A stretch of 64,000 nt of DNA from Candidatus Bathyarchaeia archaeon (GTDB lineage: Archaea > Thermoproteota > Bathyarchaeia > Bathyarchaeales > Bathycorpusculaceae), in the NCBI GenBank assembly GCA_050108115.1, contig JBNIDP010000002.1, positions 8,414 through 72,413 on the forward strand, in the 5' to 3' direction. The translations under genes were made by a program, and so were the position numbers. The notes beneath the pieces were generated by a model. The model saw nothing but the letters and a program-made list of their open reading frames with translations, had not been told where the DNA came from and ran no database searches. Each line of letters starts with the position of its first letter. Position 1 is the first letter of the stretch. Of the stretch, positions 8,286-18,774 are shown in pieces.

Positions 8286-9962
8286 ATGAAGAAGTTAGCA
8301 TCTGCTATAATTTTAACAATTTTACTCCTAACAACATACACATTAACATTAAATATGAATACGGCACAAGGGCTGTCTGATGTTGTTCCGCCTTCAATTG
8401 TTGATTTAAGTTTTAGTCCTGGAATAATTGATGTAAGTGCTGGCTCTCATTTGGTCACTATTTCTATGCATGCTACTGATGACCTTTCTGGAGTCAAACA
8501 AGGCAACATGTTCTTAAGAGGACCATCAGGACAAAATACTGGCGGCGGTTTCTGGGGTAGCCCTGTTTCAGGAGACGCTAACGATGGAATATATGAGTGC
8601 ACCATAGAGTTTCCTCAATTTAGTGAAGCAGGAACTTGGTACATTTATGAACTACAGCTATATGACAATGCAAATAACATGCAAGCCTATTTTGCCGATT
8701 CATTTATTGACGCAGGCATCCCAAACACAATACAAGTAACTGGTGTGTCTGATGTTACTGCGCCCTCATTGGTTGATTTAAGTTTTAGTCCTGGAATAAT
8801 TGATGTAAGTGCTGGCTCTCATTTGGTCACTATTTCTATGCATGCTACTGATGACCTTTCTGGAGTCAAACAAGGCAACATGTTCTTAAGAGGACCATCA
8901 GGACAAAATACTGGCGGCGGTTTCTGGGGTAGCCCTGTTTCAGGAGACGCTAACGATGGAATATATGAGTGCACCATAGAGTTTCCTCAATTTAGTGAAG
9001 CAGGAACTTGGTACATTTATGAACTACAGCTATATGACAATGCAAATAACATGCAAGCCTATTTTGCCGATTCATTTATTGACGCAGGCATCCCAAACAC
9101 AATACAAGTAACTGGTGTGTCTGATGTTACTGCGCCCTCATTGGTTGATTTAAGTTTTAGTCCTGGAATAATTGATGTAAGTGCTGGCTCTCATTTGGTC
9201 ACTATTTCTATGCATGCTACTGATGACCTTTCTGGAGTCAAACAAGGCAACATGTTCTTAAGAGGACCATCAGGACAAAATACTGGCGGCGGTTTCTGGG
9301 GTAGCCCTGTTTCAGGAGACGCTAACGATGGAATATATGAGTGCACCATAGAGTTTCCTCAATTTAGTGAAGCAGGAACTTGGTACATTTATGAACTACA
9401 GCTATATGACAATGCAAATAACATGCAAGCCTATTTTGCCGATTCATTTATTGACGCAGGCATCCCAAACACAATACAAGTAACTGGTGTGTCTGATGTT
9501 ACTGCGCCCTCATTGGTTGATTTAAGTTTTAGTCCTGGAATAATTGATGTAAGTGCTGGCTCTCATTTGGTCACTATTTCTATGCATGCTACTGATGACC
9601 TTTCTGGAGTCAAACAAGGCAACATGTTCTTAAGAGGACCATCAGGACAAAATACTGGCGGCGGTTTCTGGGGTAGCCCTGTTTCAGGAGACGCTAACGA
9701 TGGAATATATGAGTGCACCATAGAGTTTCCTCAATTTAGTGAAGCAGGAACTTGGTACATTTATGAACTACAGCTATATGACAATGCAAATAACATGCAA
9801 GCCTATTTTGCCGATTCATTTATAGACGCAAACATTCCAAACAGTATAATAGTTGTTCCTTTTGTTAATGTTGTTCCTGAGGTGCCACTTGGAACGTTGA
9901 TGGCTGTGCTTGCGATGTTTACGTGTTTAGTTGGGTTTGTTGTATACAAAAAATTTACATAA
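8286..9962 (+). CDS. Secreted/surface protein with four 124-aa beta-rich repeats and a C-terminal VVPE-TM-KK anchor
   Basis: Signal peptide MKKLASAII...; tandem repeats; VVPEVPLG + TM helix + KK. Confidence 0.85.
   Translation: MKKLASAIILTILLLTTYTLTLNMNTAQGLSDVVPPSIVDLSFSPGIIDVSAGSHLVTISMHATDDLSGVKQGNMFLRGPSGQNTGGGFWGSPVSGDANDGIYECTIEFPQFSEAGTWYIYELQLYDNANNMQAYFADSFIDAGIPNTIQVTGVSDVTAPSLVDLSFSPGIIDVSAGSHLVTISMHATDDLSGVKQGNMFLRGPSGQNTGGGFWGSPVSGDANDGIYECTIEFPQFSEAGTWYIYELQLYDNANNMQAYFADSFIDAGIPNTIQVTGVSDVTAPSLVDLSFSPGIIDVSAGSHLVTISMHATDDLSGVKQGNMFLRGPSGQNTGGGFWGSPVSGDANDGIYECTIEFPQFSEAGTWYIYELQLYDNANNMQAYFADSFIDAGIPNTIQVTGVSDVTAPSLVDLSFSPGIIDVSAGSHLVTISMHATDDLSGVKQGNMFLRGPSGQNTGGGFWGSPVSGDANDGIYECTIEFPQFSEAGTWYIYELQLYDNANNMQAYFADSFIDANIPNSIIVVPFVNVVPEVPLGTLMAVLAMFTCLVGFVVYKKFT
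8376..9850 (+). repeat. Intragenic tandem repeat, 4 x 372 nt, near-identical
   Basis: Units start at 8376, 8748, 9120 and 9492. Confidence 0.95.
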
Positions 9963-10195
9963 ACTTCCATGAAGCAAAGACTGGCCTTTAGGGAGGTGGG
10001 AATCTCCCAACACATTTTTATTTTAAGCCATTTTTAACCGATTAATAATATACCGTATCAATCATTATAAAAACATGCAATACAAAAGCTCAATGCTTCT
10101 GAATAACAGCGGAAAATTTATCAGTGCAGCAGACATGAACAAGGGAGCTTAAACACGCAAAAATTGTGACGCTTAACAATCGAGGTGAAACAAGA

Positions 10196-10477
10196 ATGGT
10201 TGAAATGAAGATTGATGCTAAAGAAATTAAAGGCAAAAGCGGTATGGTTCAAAAATATGCTGATTTCCTTAAAGAAAAAACCAGCGCAGACGTAAGCACT
10301 GACTCAAACACTATCACAGTTAAAGGTGAAGGTCCCGCAGTAGCAAAAAAATACTTGCGTATCTTGACTAAAAAGTTTCTGCACAAATACGAATTAATCG
10401 ACACTTACCGTGTAATTGCTGACGAAGGCGAAAACGCATTGCAAATCAAAGGACGCAAACTAAACGAAGAAGATTAA
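10196..10477 (+). CDS. rpl22e: Ribosomal protein eL22 (L22e) homolog
   Basis: KKYLRILTKKFLHKYELIDTYRVIA resembles eL22 KRYLKYLTKKYLKK..LRDWLRVVA; ADFLKEK; acidic tail; GAGGTGA SD. Confidence 0.75.
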   Translation: MVEMKIDAKEIKGKSGMVQKYADFLKEKTSADVSTDSNTITVKGEGPAVAKKYLRILTKKFLHKYELIDTYRVIADEGENALQIKGRKLNEED

Positions 10478-10546
10478 AAACTTCTTTACCCTTTTAAAAC
10501 AGGTTTTGTTTACCGAACAAAATTTTCTATCTTTTAACGCCCCATT

Positions 10547-11584
10547 CTATAGAAGGCTTTGGAAAATATTCAATGGATACGATTGCAGGGCTGGTCCAAT
10601 GTAGATTTCAGTGTTTTCTATGTTGTCGTTTTTTCGCATTTGTTCTTTAAATTTGAATAGTTCCTCAAATTCTTGCAGCGTCAAAATTACTTCTAAATCG
10701 TAGGGTCCTATTAAGCGTGTCACGTTAAGTATGTTTGGCATGCTTACTAATTGGTTTTGAATTTCTTGCACTTTACTTTTGTTAACAACTTTTACAAAAA
10801 TAGTTGCATGCGCATTGTAACCCAACTTTTTAAGATTAACCGTTACGGCTGAAAGAGTTAACACGTTTCCTCTTAACCTTTTATAGCGTTGAATCACGTT
10901 TTTGGTTGAGATTCCTGTTTGTTCAGCAATTTTTCTAAATGTGGTTCTTGAATGTTGAGAAATTATTTTAGCAATTTTACGATCTAACGCGTCCATTTCA
11001 ACTGGTAGGTTTGAAACTGCCCTGTTGTGCTGAAGGTTGTTGCTTTGTAGTGTTTCAGTGCCATTGTTGAATTTAATTAACAAGTTTTCAGGGTAGTCGG
11101 TGTTTGACACTTCTGCCCAAATCATGGTGTCGACCTGTTTGATTGAATCGTTAGTTTCAAGGTCTACTAGTATGGCCGCGAGTTCTTGCATGTTAGTTAG
11201 CGTTACTTTTGTTGTAATGTTATATTTTCCGTAGGTTTTGATTGTGTATTGAATGTAGGGTTTGCTTGCTAGAAAAGTAAGAACGTTACTTTCGTTTTCT
11301 GCGCTTGTTAAAATGTTTATGTCGCAGATAAATTTGTAACTTAGACTTTGAGGATTAACTTGCATTATTTCTCCATTTATAACGCCTGTACGCCAGAGTT
11401 TCTTGTAGCGCATGCGAACTGCGCCTACTGTTATGTTACAGATTTTGGAAAGTTCTGTAAAACTGGTTCTGGATTCTTTTAAAAGTTGATGCAGGATTTT
11501 TGCGTCAGTTTCGTCTATTCGCAGCCTCTCAGTCAATTTAATTACCTTTATGATTGTCTTTTTTTGTACTCTTTTTGGGAACAA
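10547..11584 (-). CDS. Tandem-duplicated Lrp/AsnC regulator
   Basis: Two HTH-RAM modules (IDETDAKIL..SRTSF; MDALDRKIA..SRTTF). Confidence 0.85.
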   Translation of the reverse strand: MFPKRVQKKTIIKVIKLTERLRIDETDAKILHQLLKESRTSFTELSKICNITVGAVRMRYKKLWRTGVINGEIMQVNPQSLSYKFICDINILTSAENESNVLTFLASKPYIQYTIKTYGKYNITTKVTLTNMQELAAILVDLETNDSIKQVDTMIWAEVSNTDYPENLLIKFNNGTETLQSNNLQHNRAVSNLPVEMDALDRKIAKIISQHSRTTFRKIAEQTGISTKNVIQRYKRLRGNVLTLSAVTVNLKKLGYNAHATIFVKVVNKSKVQEIQNQLVSMPNILNVTRLIGPYDLEVILTLQEFEELFKFKEQMRKNDNIENTEIYIGPALQSYPLNIFQSLL

Positions 11585-11790
11585 CTATTTATTGTTCTTT
11601 AATGCTGTTTTTTTGTTTAAACAATTATGTTACTACTTGGTTTTAAGACTTGCTAAAAGGTTATATTGTAACTTAAAAAAAGTTTCAAAAAACATTTGCT
11701 AAACGTCAGACTGTGCATGATAAATATGAGAAAAATTAAAATTTTTCTCAAAAAATTACATATGTCGTATTAAAAAAATTGATGTTCCGC

Positions 11791-12780
11791 TTAGAGAAGC
11801 GGATAAAAGACATTCAAAGGAACTGCCTTGAACACTGGACTAAGATACGTGTCAACACTATCTATATCCTTTATCTTACGCATCTGATCTTGAAGGTTAA
11901 ACTGGTCATTGAAATCTTCCAGCACATTAATGGTCATTAAGTCGTAAGCACCAATCATTCGAATGATCACAATCGTATTAGGCAATTGTAAAATCTTGGA
12001 ATAAATCTCCGGCATTTTGCTGCGATTGGCCACTTTAATGAAATTATGTGCCATAGCATTATAGCCTAATTTAGTTAAATCCAAAGTAATGGTTGAAAGT
12101 CCCAGAAGATTTCCTTCAAGCTTCTTAAACCTTTGAATAGTGTTTTTAGTAGAAATGCCCAAATGTTCTGCAATTTTCTTAAAGGGTATCCGTGAATTGG
12201 CAGAAAGTATCTTTGCTATTTGACGGTCTTTCTCGTCAAGAATTATTTCATTGTTGTTGATAGGTGGTATATTTTTGAGAAGGATGCTGTCTTGGTCAAT
12301 TATTGGAGCAGGTTTGATAATGAGGTTTTCGTTGTGGTCCATGTCGTTTGCGTTAGCCCAAATCATGGGGTCAACATGTTTAATGTAAATATTTGATTCC
12401 AAGTCTTCAATTATTGTTGTTAAGTCTTTGAGGTCTTTTAAGGCAACTTTTATTGCAAGGTTATATTTGCCGAACATGCCAAAGGTGTGCATCACATAGG
12501 AACGGGTTTTTAGGAATTCGACTACAGTTTTTTCGTTATCCATGGTTGTAAGAATCCCTATGTCTGCAATGCATTTGTATCCTAAACTGTGGGGGTTAAC
12601 TTGCATTATTTGACCGTTTATTATTCCTGCTTTAATCATGTTTTTGTAGCGCATACGTACGGCGCCGATAGTAATTTTGCATTCTTTTGCTATGTCAGTA
12701 AAACTGGTTCTGGAATTCAGTAGCAAAATTTTTAGTATTTTTGTATCGATTTGGTCTATTTTTTTTCGAGGCTGCATCAA
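11791..12780 (-). CDS. Tandem-duplicated Lrp/AsnC regulator (paralog of the neighbour)
   Basis: Same two-module architecture; shares ITxGAVRMRYK and MQVNP. Confidence 0.85.
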   Translation of the reverse strand: MMQPRKKIDQIDTKILKILLLNSRTSFTDIAKECKITIGAVRMRYKNMIKAGIINGQIMQVNPHSLGYKCIADIGILTTMDNEKTVVEFLKTRSYVMHTFGMFGKYNLAIKVALKDLKDLTTIIEDLESNIYIKHVDPMIWANANDMDHNENLIIKPAPIIDQDSILLKNIPPINNNEIILDEKDRQIAKILSANSRIPFKKIAEHLGISTKNTIQRFKKLEGNLLGLSTITLDLTKLGYNAMAHNFIKVANRSKMPEIYSKILQLPNTIVIIRMIGAYDLMTINVLEDFNDQFNLQDQMRKIKDIDSVDTYLSPVFKAVPLNVFYPLL

Positions 12781-13289
12781 CCATTTCTCGACTTGCTCCT
12801 TTATTAATTTAGCACCTTATTATTCCTGTTATTTTGAAACATATTGTATGTGTAAAAAGGGTTTTTTACATAAAACAATTAATTTAGCATTAAATTGGGA
12901 ATAAATTGAAATTAGCCTTTTAGCGGCAAATGGTGCTATTTAGAAAAAGACAATAAAATTGGCAAAATAATGAATTAAAACAAAATATTTGCGCAAATTA
13001 AGTATTTAATGATGCATAATTTTGTGCTGTAGCTGTAAAATTAACTTGAGCACTCGAGTTTGCTTTTGTGTCTTTTCAAAATTGAACTGTTCTGTTTAAT
13101 TTTTGCTTAATGTTTCTATAATTTGGGAAAAAATTCAAATTTGTCACTTCGTTGTTCTGTTTTTGGTTGGAAAAAGGCTGAATAGGCTCGAACGGTACTG
13201 CTTAAGCGATTGTAGTATTGTCCGTAAAATTGCAATCTCTCCTTAATTTATCGAAGCCTCAGCAAACCCTTTTCCTTCTTCTTTTTCGT

Positions 13290-14105
13290 TTAAACATTTG
13301 GTGGTTTTGTGGTTGACGTTTTCCAAAGATTTTCAAAATAATTGCTGCTAATTGAGACAATCGAATTGTAATTTGACCACAGAAACGGTGAACTTGGTGG
13401 TCCAGTGGTGGGTGACATCATTAAAAGTACTTCGTGTTTGTCGTAAATGCTTAATACTGCTGATGGCTCTGTCGAAGTGTATCTTAAGCCTGAACCGTTT
13501 TTACCTAATACTTTTAGCGCCTCTTGATGCTCAAGGGGCCATCTTGCCTGTTTGGGTGTTTCAATAATTATTCGGTACTTTACATTTCTTTTGATGGCGC
13601 TTTTCATGTAATCAGTAAGACCTGATTTTAACAAAACCTTGTAATATTGCCACGTACTAATTATTTCAATTGAGAATTGAGCTTTAAGGCTTAAATCATT
13701 TCTTTTTTGTAATGAGGCCTTAGTTGCGGGAATTAAAAACAAGTCAGGATCGCTTTCTGGAACATTGTTATTTTTTAAATTCTGCCTTTGTTGTAATTCT
13801 TTAATTAAGCTTTTAGTTTTTTTCTGTGTCTGTTTGATTTCTTCTACTTTATGCTCCATTAGCATTGGTAGTGCATGTTCTATAGGAGTAATCTCAAACA
13901 TCACCGGGTTGCTTATTACTTTATGCACTATTCCCAGATTCATAAAATTGTTCATGATTCGATAAATGTCTGGGCGGGCAACGTTTGAGTATTTTGCTAG
14001 GGTTTTAGCGTTCAGTCTTCCAGACCTGACCAGAGTAAGGTAGACCCTGGCTTGGATCGGGCTGAGTCCCAGCTGGTGTAGGGTTTCCTCTTTTTCCTGT
14101 GTCAC
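13290..14105 (-). CDS. TrmB-family transcriptional regulator
   Basis: LGLSPIQARVYLTL...VARPDIYR HTH plus effector domain. Confidence 0.85.
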   Translation of the reverse strand: MTQEKEETLHQLGLSPIQARVYLTLVRSGRLNAKTLAKYSNVARPDIYRIMNNFMNLGIVHKVISNPVMFEITPIEHALPMLMEHKVEEIKQTQKKTKSLIKELQQRQNLKNNNVPESDPDLFLIPATKASLQKRNDLSLKAQFSIEIISTWQYYKVLLKSGLTDYMKSAIKRNVKYRIIIETPKQARWPLEHQEALKVLGKNGSGLRYTSTEPSAVLSIYDKHEVLLMMSPTTGPPSSPFLWSNYNSIVSISSNYFENLWKTSTTKPPNV

Positions 14106-14167
14106 TGTCGATTTCTCCTTTTTGTGTATGGCACGTTTATTTATTTTTGAAATCTTTTAAGACTTCC

Positions 14168-14190
14168 TGTAAGTGCATATTACACTTACA
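14168..14190. promoter_or_regulatory. Inverted repeat TGTAAGTG-N7-CACTTACA; candidate TrmB operator
   Basis: 8-bp perfect arms in the divergent promoter region between TrmB and the beta-propeller gene. Confidence 0.5.
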
Positions 14191-14245
14191 ATGTATTATA
14201 TAATTTTTTCAAACACTTAATAATTCACAAAAATCAAAAAACAAA

Positions 14246-16678
14246 GTGAATAAAATTATGAAAAACAATTCAATAACAACAATAGTTTTCGTAATTCTGC
14301 TGCTCACATCACTAATCATGACCACCTATCCAGCAACCGCTCAATCTCAACCATCTCAACCAGTAACAGGTTCATTGCCCAACGGCGTCGTCGCTGACGC
14401 AACAGCCAACGTCCGAGCGTTTCTAAGCTTCAGACCAAACCCAGTCGGAATCGGACAATCAATCCTAATCAACATGTGGACTTCAGTAGCCCCCGGCGCA
14501 GGAAGAATGCATCATGACTACACATTAACAATAACTGACCCAGACGGTAACAAAGAAGTAAAAACCTTTGACACTTACCCTAACGACGGAACCGCATGGT
14601 ACGAAATGCAAGTAGATAAAGTGGGAACATGGAAATTCCAGTTCGATTTCATTGGAACATACTTCCCCGCTGGCTATTATGTAGACGGTTATATCGTTAA
14701 CGCTACTACAGGTGGAACAAGCTATTCTGAATCATGCTATTATCCGCCCGCTTCAACTCCTGAACAAACCCTAACCGTACAAGAAGACATGGTTGCCTCA
14801 TGGCTTCCAGCGCCGCTTCCAACAGATTACTGGACAAGACCCGTATCTATGATGAACCGTGAATGGTGGCCAATATTAGGCAACTACCCATGGCCATACG
14901 GAAACGACAACTATGACTACGCAGGCCCGTTCGTTATTTCACCCAACACTGCACACGTTGCATGGAAAAGACAAGGCAGCATTTATGGCTTAATAGGCGC
15001 TGAACTAGGAACAATGTCTGCCTATCAAGGCGGCATCGGTGGAGTTGCTGCTGGTTCACCAACAGTAATCTACATGGGACGCGCTTACCAAACCTTCAAC
15101 AAGCCAGGTGTAGGTTCAGTAGCTCAATGCTATGACATACGCACAGGCGAAATACTCTATGAAATACCCATCGCAGAAGGCGGCGTAACACCAACAATTC
15201 TTTCATATCCACCCGTTGGTTCACAAGGCACTTCTAATCCAGAACTAATGACTATTAGCAGCAGCAGATTGCTAAAAATTGACCCATGGACAGGACTTGT
15301 AACAGTTAACGTTACAGCAATGTCCGGCACTTTCCACAATGGCGCATACATTCTTTCAATACAAAACACTGCATCTGGTCCACGCCTAATTAACTGGACA
15401 ACCGTTGGCACAAGCACAAACTTTACCAGCCGAATACAAAGCAACATATCCATTCCAACAACCAGCATAAGCATTTATGATTTCAACAGCGGCAATGGCT
15501 TCCAAATAAGCGGCATCTCCAAAGGAGGCGCTTTTGCTCAACAACAAATAATTGCTATAAGCTTAGTTACAGGTGCACTTTTATGGAACATAACAATTGA
15601 TGAACCAAACTACAGTGGCAGCTGTAACGTAGCTGACAACGGCAAAGTTGCAATTCTATCAGAAGGCGGATACTTTGTAGCTTTTGACCAAACAACGGGA
15701 CATCAAGTTTGGAAAGGCGAAGAAATGATGTATCCTTGGGATGCACCAGCATTTGGCGCGTACGACATCGCATCTGCTTACGGCTTGATAATACGGTCAG
15801 CTTACTCTGGAACATACGCTTTTGACTGGGACACTGGAAAAATCGTTTGGAAATACGAAGCCCCAGCAAACGCTTACGAAACACCATACATCAACGAGAA
15901 CGGCACAACAGTGTATTCATGGAACGGTGGAATTCTTGTCTCAGACGGAAAAGTCTACAATTATAACGCTGAACACTCACCAACAATGCCCATCACCCGA
16001 GGTTGGAGACTACACTGCATCAACGCAACTACCGGTGAAGGAATATGGAACATAACAGGCTTTTCAGCTTCAAGAAACTTCCAAGGTGCAACAGCTGATG
16101 GCTACTTAGCATTTGACAACTTCTATGACGGGTACCTTTACGTTTTTGGTAAAGGTAGAAGCGAAACAACAATAACTGCACCACAAACAGCAATAACAAA
16201 AGGACAAAGCTTGATAATTTCAGGAACCGTTTTTGACCAATCACCAGGCCAACCTGGCACACCCTGTGTCAGCAAAGAATCTATGACAGCATGGATGGAA
16301 TACCTGCACATGCAAACACAAATTCCAATGGACGTTACAGGTGTTCCAGTATCTATTGATGCTACAGACCCTAACGGCAACGGCGTGCACATTGGTGATA
16401 CAACCACAGACATGAGCGGAACCTTTGGATTCACATGGACACCCGAACTAGTAGGTGACTACAAAATCACGGCAACCTTTGCAGGCGACGACTCTTATGG
16501 TAGCTCTTGGGCACAAACCTATGCAACAGTAGTCGATGCGCCTTCAACAACACCGACTCAAACTGCAATCAGCTTTGATTCAATTAACAGCACAGTAACT
16601 ACAACCATCCTTGGCGGCGTAATTGCAATCATCATCGCAATAGCAATTGTAGGTCTTTTAATGCTAAAGAAGCATTAA
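14246..16678 (+). CDS. Membrane-anchored PQQ-binding-like beta-propeller surface protein
   Basis: Signal peptide; repeated (D/N)xxTGxxxW blade motifs; Ig-like C-terminal region; C-terminal TM + KKH. Confidence 0.85.
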   Translation: MNKIMKNNSITTIVFVILLLTSLIMTTYPATAQSQPSQPVTGSLPNGVVADATANVRAFLSFRPNPVGIGQSILINMWTSVAPGAGRMHHDYTLTITDPDGNKEVKTFDTYPNDGTAWYEMQVDKVGTWKFQFDFIGTYFPAGYYVDGYIVNATTGGTSYSESCYYPPASTPEQTLTVQEDMVASWLPAPLPTDYWTRPVSMMNREWWPILGNYPWPYGNDNYDYAGPFVISPNTAHVAWKRQGSIYGLIGAELGTMSAYQGGIGGVAAGSPTVIYMGRAYQTFNKPGVGSVAQCYDIRTGEILYEIPIAEGGVTPTILSYPPVGSQGTSNPELMTISSSRLLKIDPWTGLVTVNVTAMSGTFHNGAYILSIQNTASGPRLINWTTVGTSTNFTSRIQSNISIPTTSISIYDFNSGNGFQISGISKGGAFAQQQIIAISLVTGALLWNITIDEPNYSGSCNVADNGKVAILSEGGYFVAFDQTTGHQVWKGEEMMYPWDAPAFGAYDIASAYGLIIRSAYSGTYAFDWDTGKIVWKYEAPANAYETPYINENGTTVYSWNGGILVSDGKVYNYNAEHSPTMPITRGWRLHCINATTGEGIWNITGFSASRNFQGATADGYLAFDNFYDGYLYVFGKGRSETTITAPQTAITKGQSLIISGTVFDQSPGQPGTPCVSKESMTAWMEYLHMQTQIPMDVTGVPVSIDATDPNGNGVHIGDTTTDMSGTFGFTWTPELVGDYKITATFAGDDSYGSSWAQTYATVVDAPSTTPTQTAISFDSINSTVTTTILGGVIAIIIAIAIVGLLMLKKH

Positions 16679-16782
16679 AAATCCATTTTTCTTTTTATTT
16701 TTTGAGTTTTCAGCTTTAACATTTATATAGTATTTATCAAAAAATTCAGTTAAGCTCTTTTAGATAGTTTATTTGGGTTTTT

Positions 16783-17583
16783 TTATAGTGGTTGTTTGGA
16801 TGCTGTTTTCCACGTGTTTTCGAAATAACTCTTGCCTATTGAAATGAGCGCTTTATTGTTTGACCATAACATGGGCGCGTTAAAGGAACTTAGGCCAACT
16901 GAAGTTGACATGAATACTTCCTGTTTATCGTAAATACTCATAATAGCTGAAGAACCCAATGGTAAATACTTGAATTCTGAACAGTTTTTATCAAAAAGTT
17001 TAATCGCATCTGCATGTTCCGGAGGCAACTTTACGTTGTTTGGCGTTTCAATAATAAAACGATACCTTACATTTCTATCGATTGCATTTTTTGTAAGCAA
17101 ATTGAAATTAGATTTCAACAAGAACCTATAATTTTTCCATGAGCTAATAACGTCAATGCTGCCTTGAGCGTTTTGAACCAACTGTTTCCGTTTCTGTACT
17201 GATATTTCAGTTGCAGAAATCAACGATAAATTAAATTCAAATTCTGGTAAATTTAATTTAAACAGTTGATTTTGTTTTAATTCATCAAATAAGTTTTTTG
17301 TGTCGTCTCGAGTTTTTTTCTGGCTGACTTTTTGTGCCATGAGCATAGAGATTGTTTGGTCTACTGGAGTAGCTTTGTAAACCAATGGGTCTGTGGTTTT
17401 TTTAACTATGCCTAATTTTTGAAAAATTTCCAACATTTGGCTAATAATTGAACGAGAAACGTTTGTGTATTGAGCTAAGGTTTTGGCATCTGCTTTCCCG
17501 AGCTTGACTAATGTAAGGTAGACTCGTGCTTCTTTGGGGCTGAATCCCAACAGCCTTAATTTTGCCTCTATGTCCCATCCCAC
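16783..17583 (-). CDS. TrmB-family transcriptional regulator
   Basis: LGFSPKEARVYLTL; paralog of 13290..14105 (SIYDKxEV, LWSN, YFENxWKT). Confidence 0.85.
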   Translation of the reverse strand: MGWDIEAKLRLLGFSPKEARVYLTLVKLGKADAKTLAQYTNVSRSIISQMLEIFQKLGIVKKTTDPLVYKATPVDQTISMLMAQKVSQKKTRDDTKNLFDELKQNQLFKLNLPEFEFNLSLISATEISVQKRKQLVQNAQGSIDVISSWKNYRFLLKSNFNLLTKNAIDRNVRYRFIIETPNNVKLPPEHADAIKLFDKNCSEFKYLPLGSSAIMSIYDKQEVFMSTSVGLSSFNAPMLWSNNKALISIGKSYFENTWKTASKQPL

Positions 17584-17727
17584 TACTTATTTTCTCCTAT
17601 GAAATAAAACCAGTAGTTTCAAACTCTTTTAAACTCTTTTAAGATTTTACCTTTTCTAAGTTAATCACGAATTTTTGAGGAAAACTAAAATGACTCAACG
17701 TCTAATTTTTGTGTGGAGTTTTAGCTT

Positions 17728-18774
17728 ATGGCGTATAATGAGTTACGGAAAGATTACCTGCTAAACCGTTGGGTAGTAATAGCCACAGAACGCGGCAGAA
17801 GACCAACAGATTTTGCCAAACCCCGAAATGAACCTGCAAAAAACAACAACTGCCCCATGTGCGTCGGTAACGAACACGTTACTCCACCTGCAAGCTTGCT
17901 TTACCTAAAAGAAAACGGAGAAATCACGCGTTCTGTTGACCCAACTGAAGGTGAACGACCAAAAAATTGGCTTATACGCGGCTTTCCTAACCTTTACCCT
18001 GCTTTTGTTCCGCCTAAAACTCTTCAAGATGAAGCCGAAGCTGAAGTTTTAGGAAATATTAGTTGTGGTTACGCTATTGGTGAACATGAGGTTTTAGCTG
18101 AGTCCCCACTTCACAATGATGGACCCGCTGAAGCTGAGTTGCCGCAGTTGGAGTTATTAATTAAAGCCTACATTGATAGGCTCTCGATATTTAGTGTTAA
18201 ACCCTACGTCAAGTACGTGCAGATTTTTCGCAATTACGGCCCAGAAGCAGGCGCCTCCCTTAGTCATCCACACAGCCAAATAATTGCAACACCAATTATT
18301 CCTCCAATTATTGAAGAAGAACAAACTGCAAGCAAAGCATATTTTGAAGCAAACAAAACCTGCTTTTTCTGTGACCTTTATGAGAAAGAAGCCAAAGGTC
18401 CTAGGGCAATTTTAGAAAACGAACATTTTCTGGTTTTCACACCCTACGCGAGCATTGCGCCTATGGCGTTTTGGATAATGCCTAAACGGCATTCGCCTAA
18501 TATTCTTAAACTTTCAGAAACAGAAATTTCCGCGTTTGCTAAAACACTTAAATCCAGCCTTAAAGCATTGAAAAATCTTGTAAATGACCCGCCTTACAAT
18601 TACGGTTTTCATCTTGCCATTATCGGGGATGCAAAGGATAGTTATCATTGGCATTTGGAAGTATACCCAAAGTTGTCAATTTGGGCTGGTTTCGAATTAA
18701 GTACTGGCATCTTCATTAACACGGTAACACCTGAAAACGCTGCATCAGAACTTAAACGTGTTATTGAAGCTTAG
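17728..18774 (+). CDS. galT: Galactose-1-phosphate uridylyltransferase (GalT/HIT family)
   Basis: ELRKD...WVVIA.ER..RP, CPMC.GNE, GASLSHPHSQ. Confidence 0.9.
   Translation: MAYNELRKDYLLNRWVVIATERGRRPTDFAKPRNEPAKNNNCPMCVGNEHVTPPASLLYLKENGEITRSVDPTEGERPKNWLIRGFPNLYPAFVPPKTLQDEAEAEVLGNISCGYAIGEHEVLAESPLHNDGPAEAELPQLELLIKAYIDRLSIFSVKPYVKYVQIFRNYGPEAGASLSHPHSQIIATPIIPPIIEEEQTASKAYFEANKTCFFCDLYEKEAKGPRAILENEHFLVFTPYASIAPMAFWIMPKRHSPNILKLSETEISAFAKTLKSSLKALKNLVNDPPYNYGFHLAIIGDAKDSYHWHLEVYPKLSIWAGFELSTGIFINTVTPENAASELKRVIEA

Noticed and set aside
8376-9850. Long exact repeats considered as a CRISPR array
   Set aside because: The units are 372-nt in-frame coding repeats with no unique spacers, and there are no cas genes in the window.
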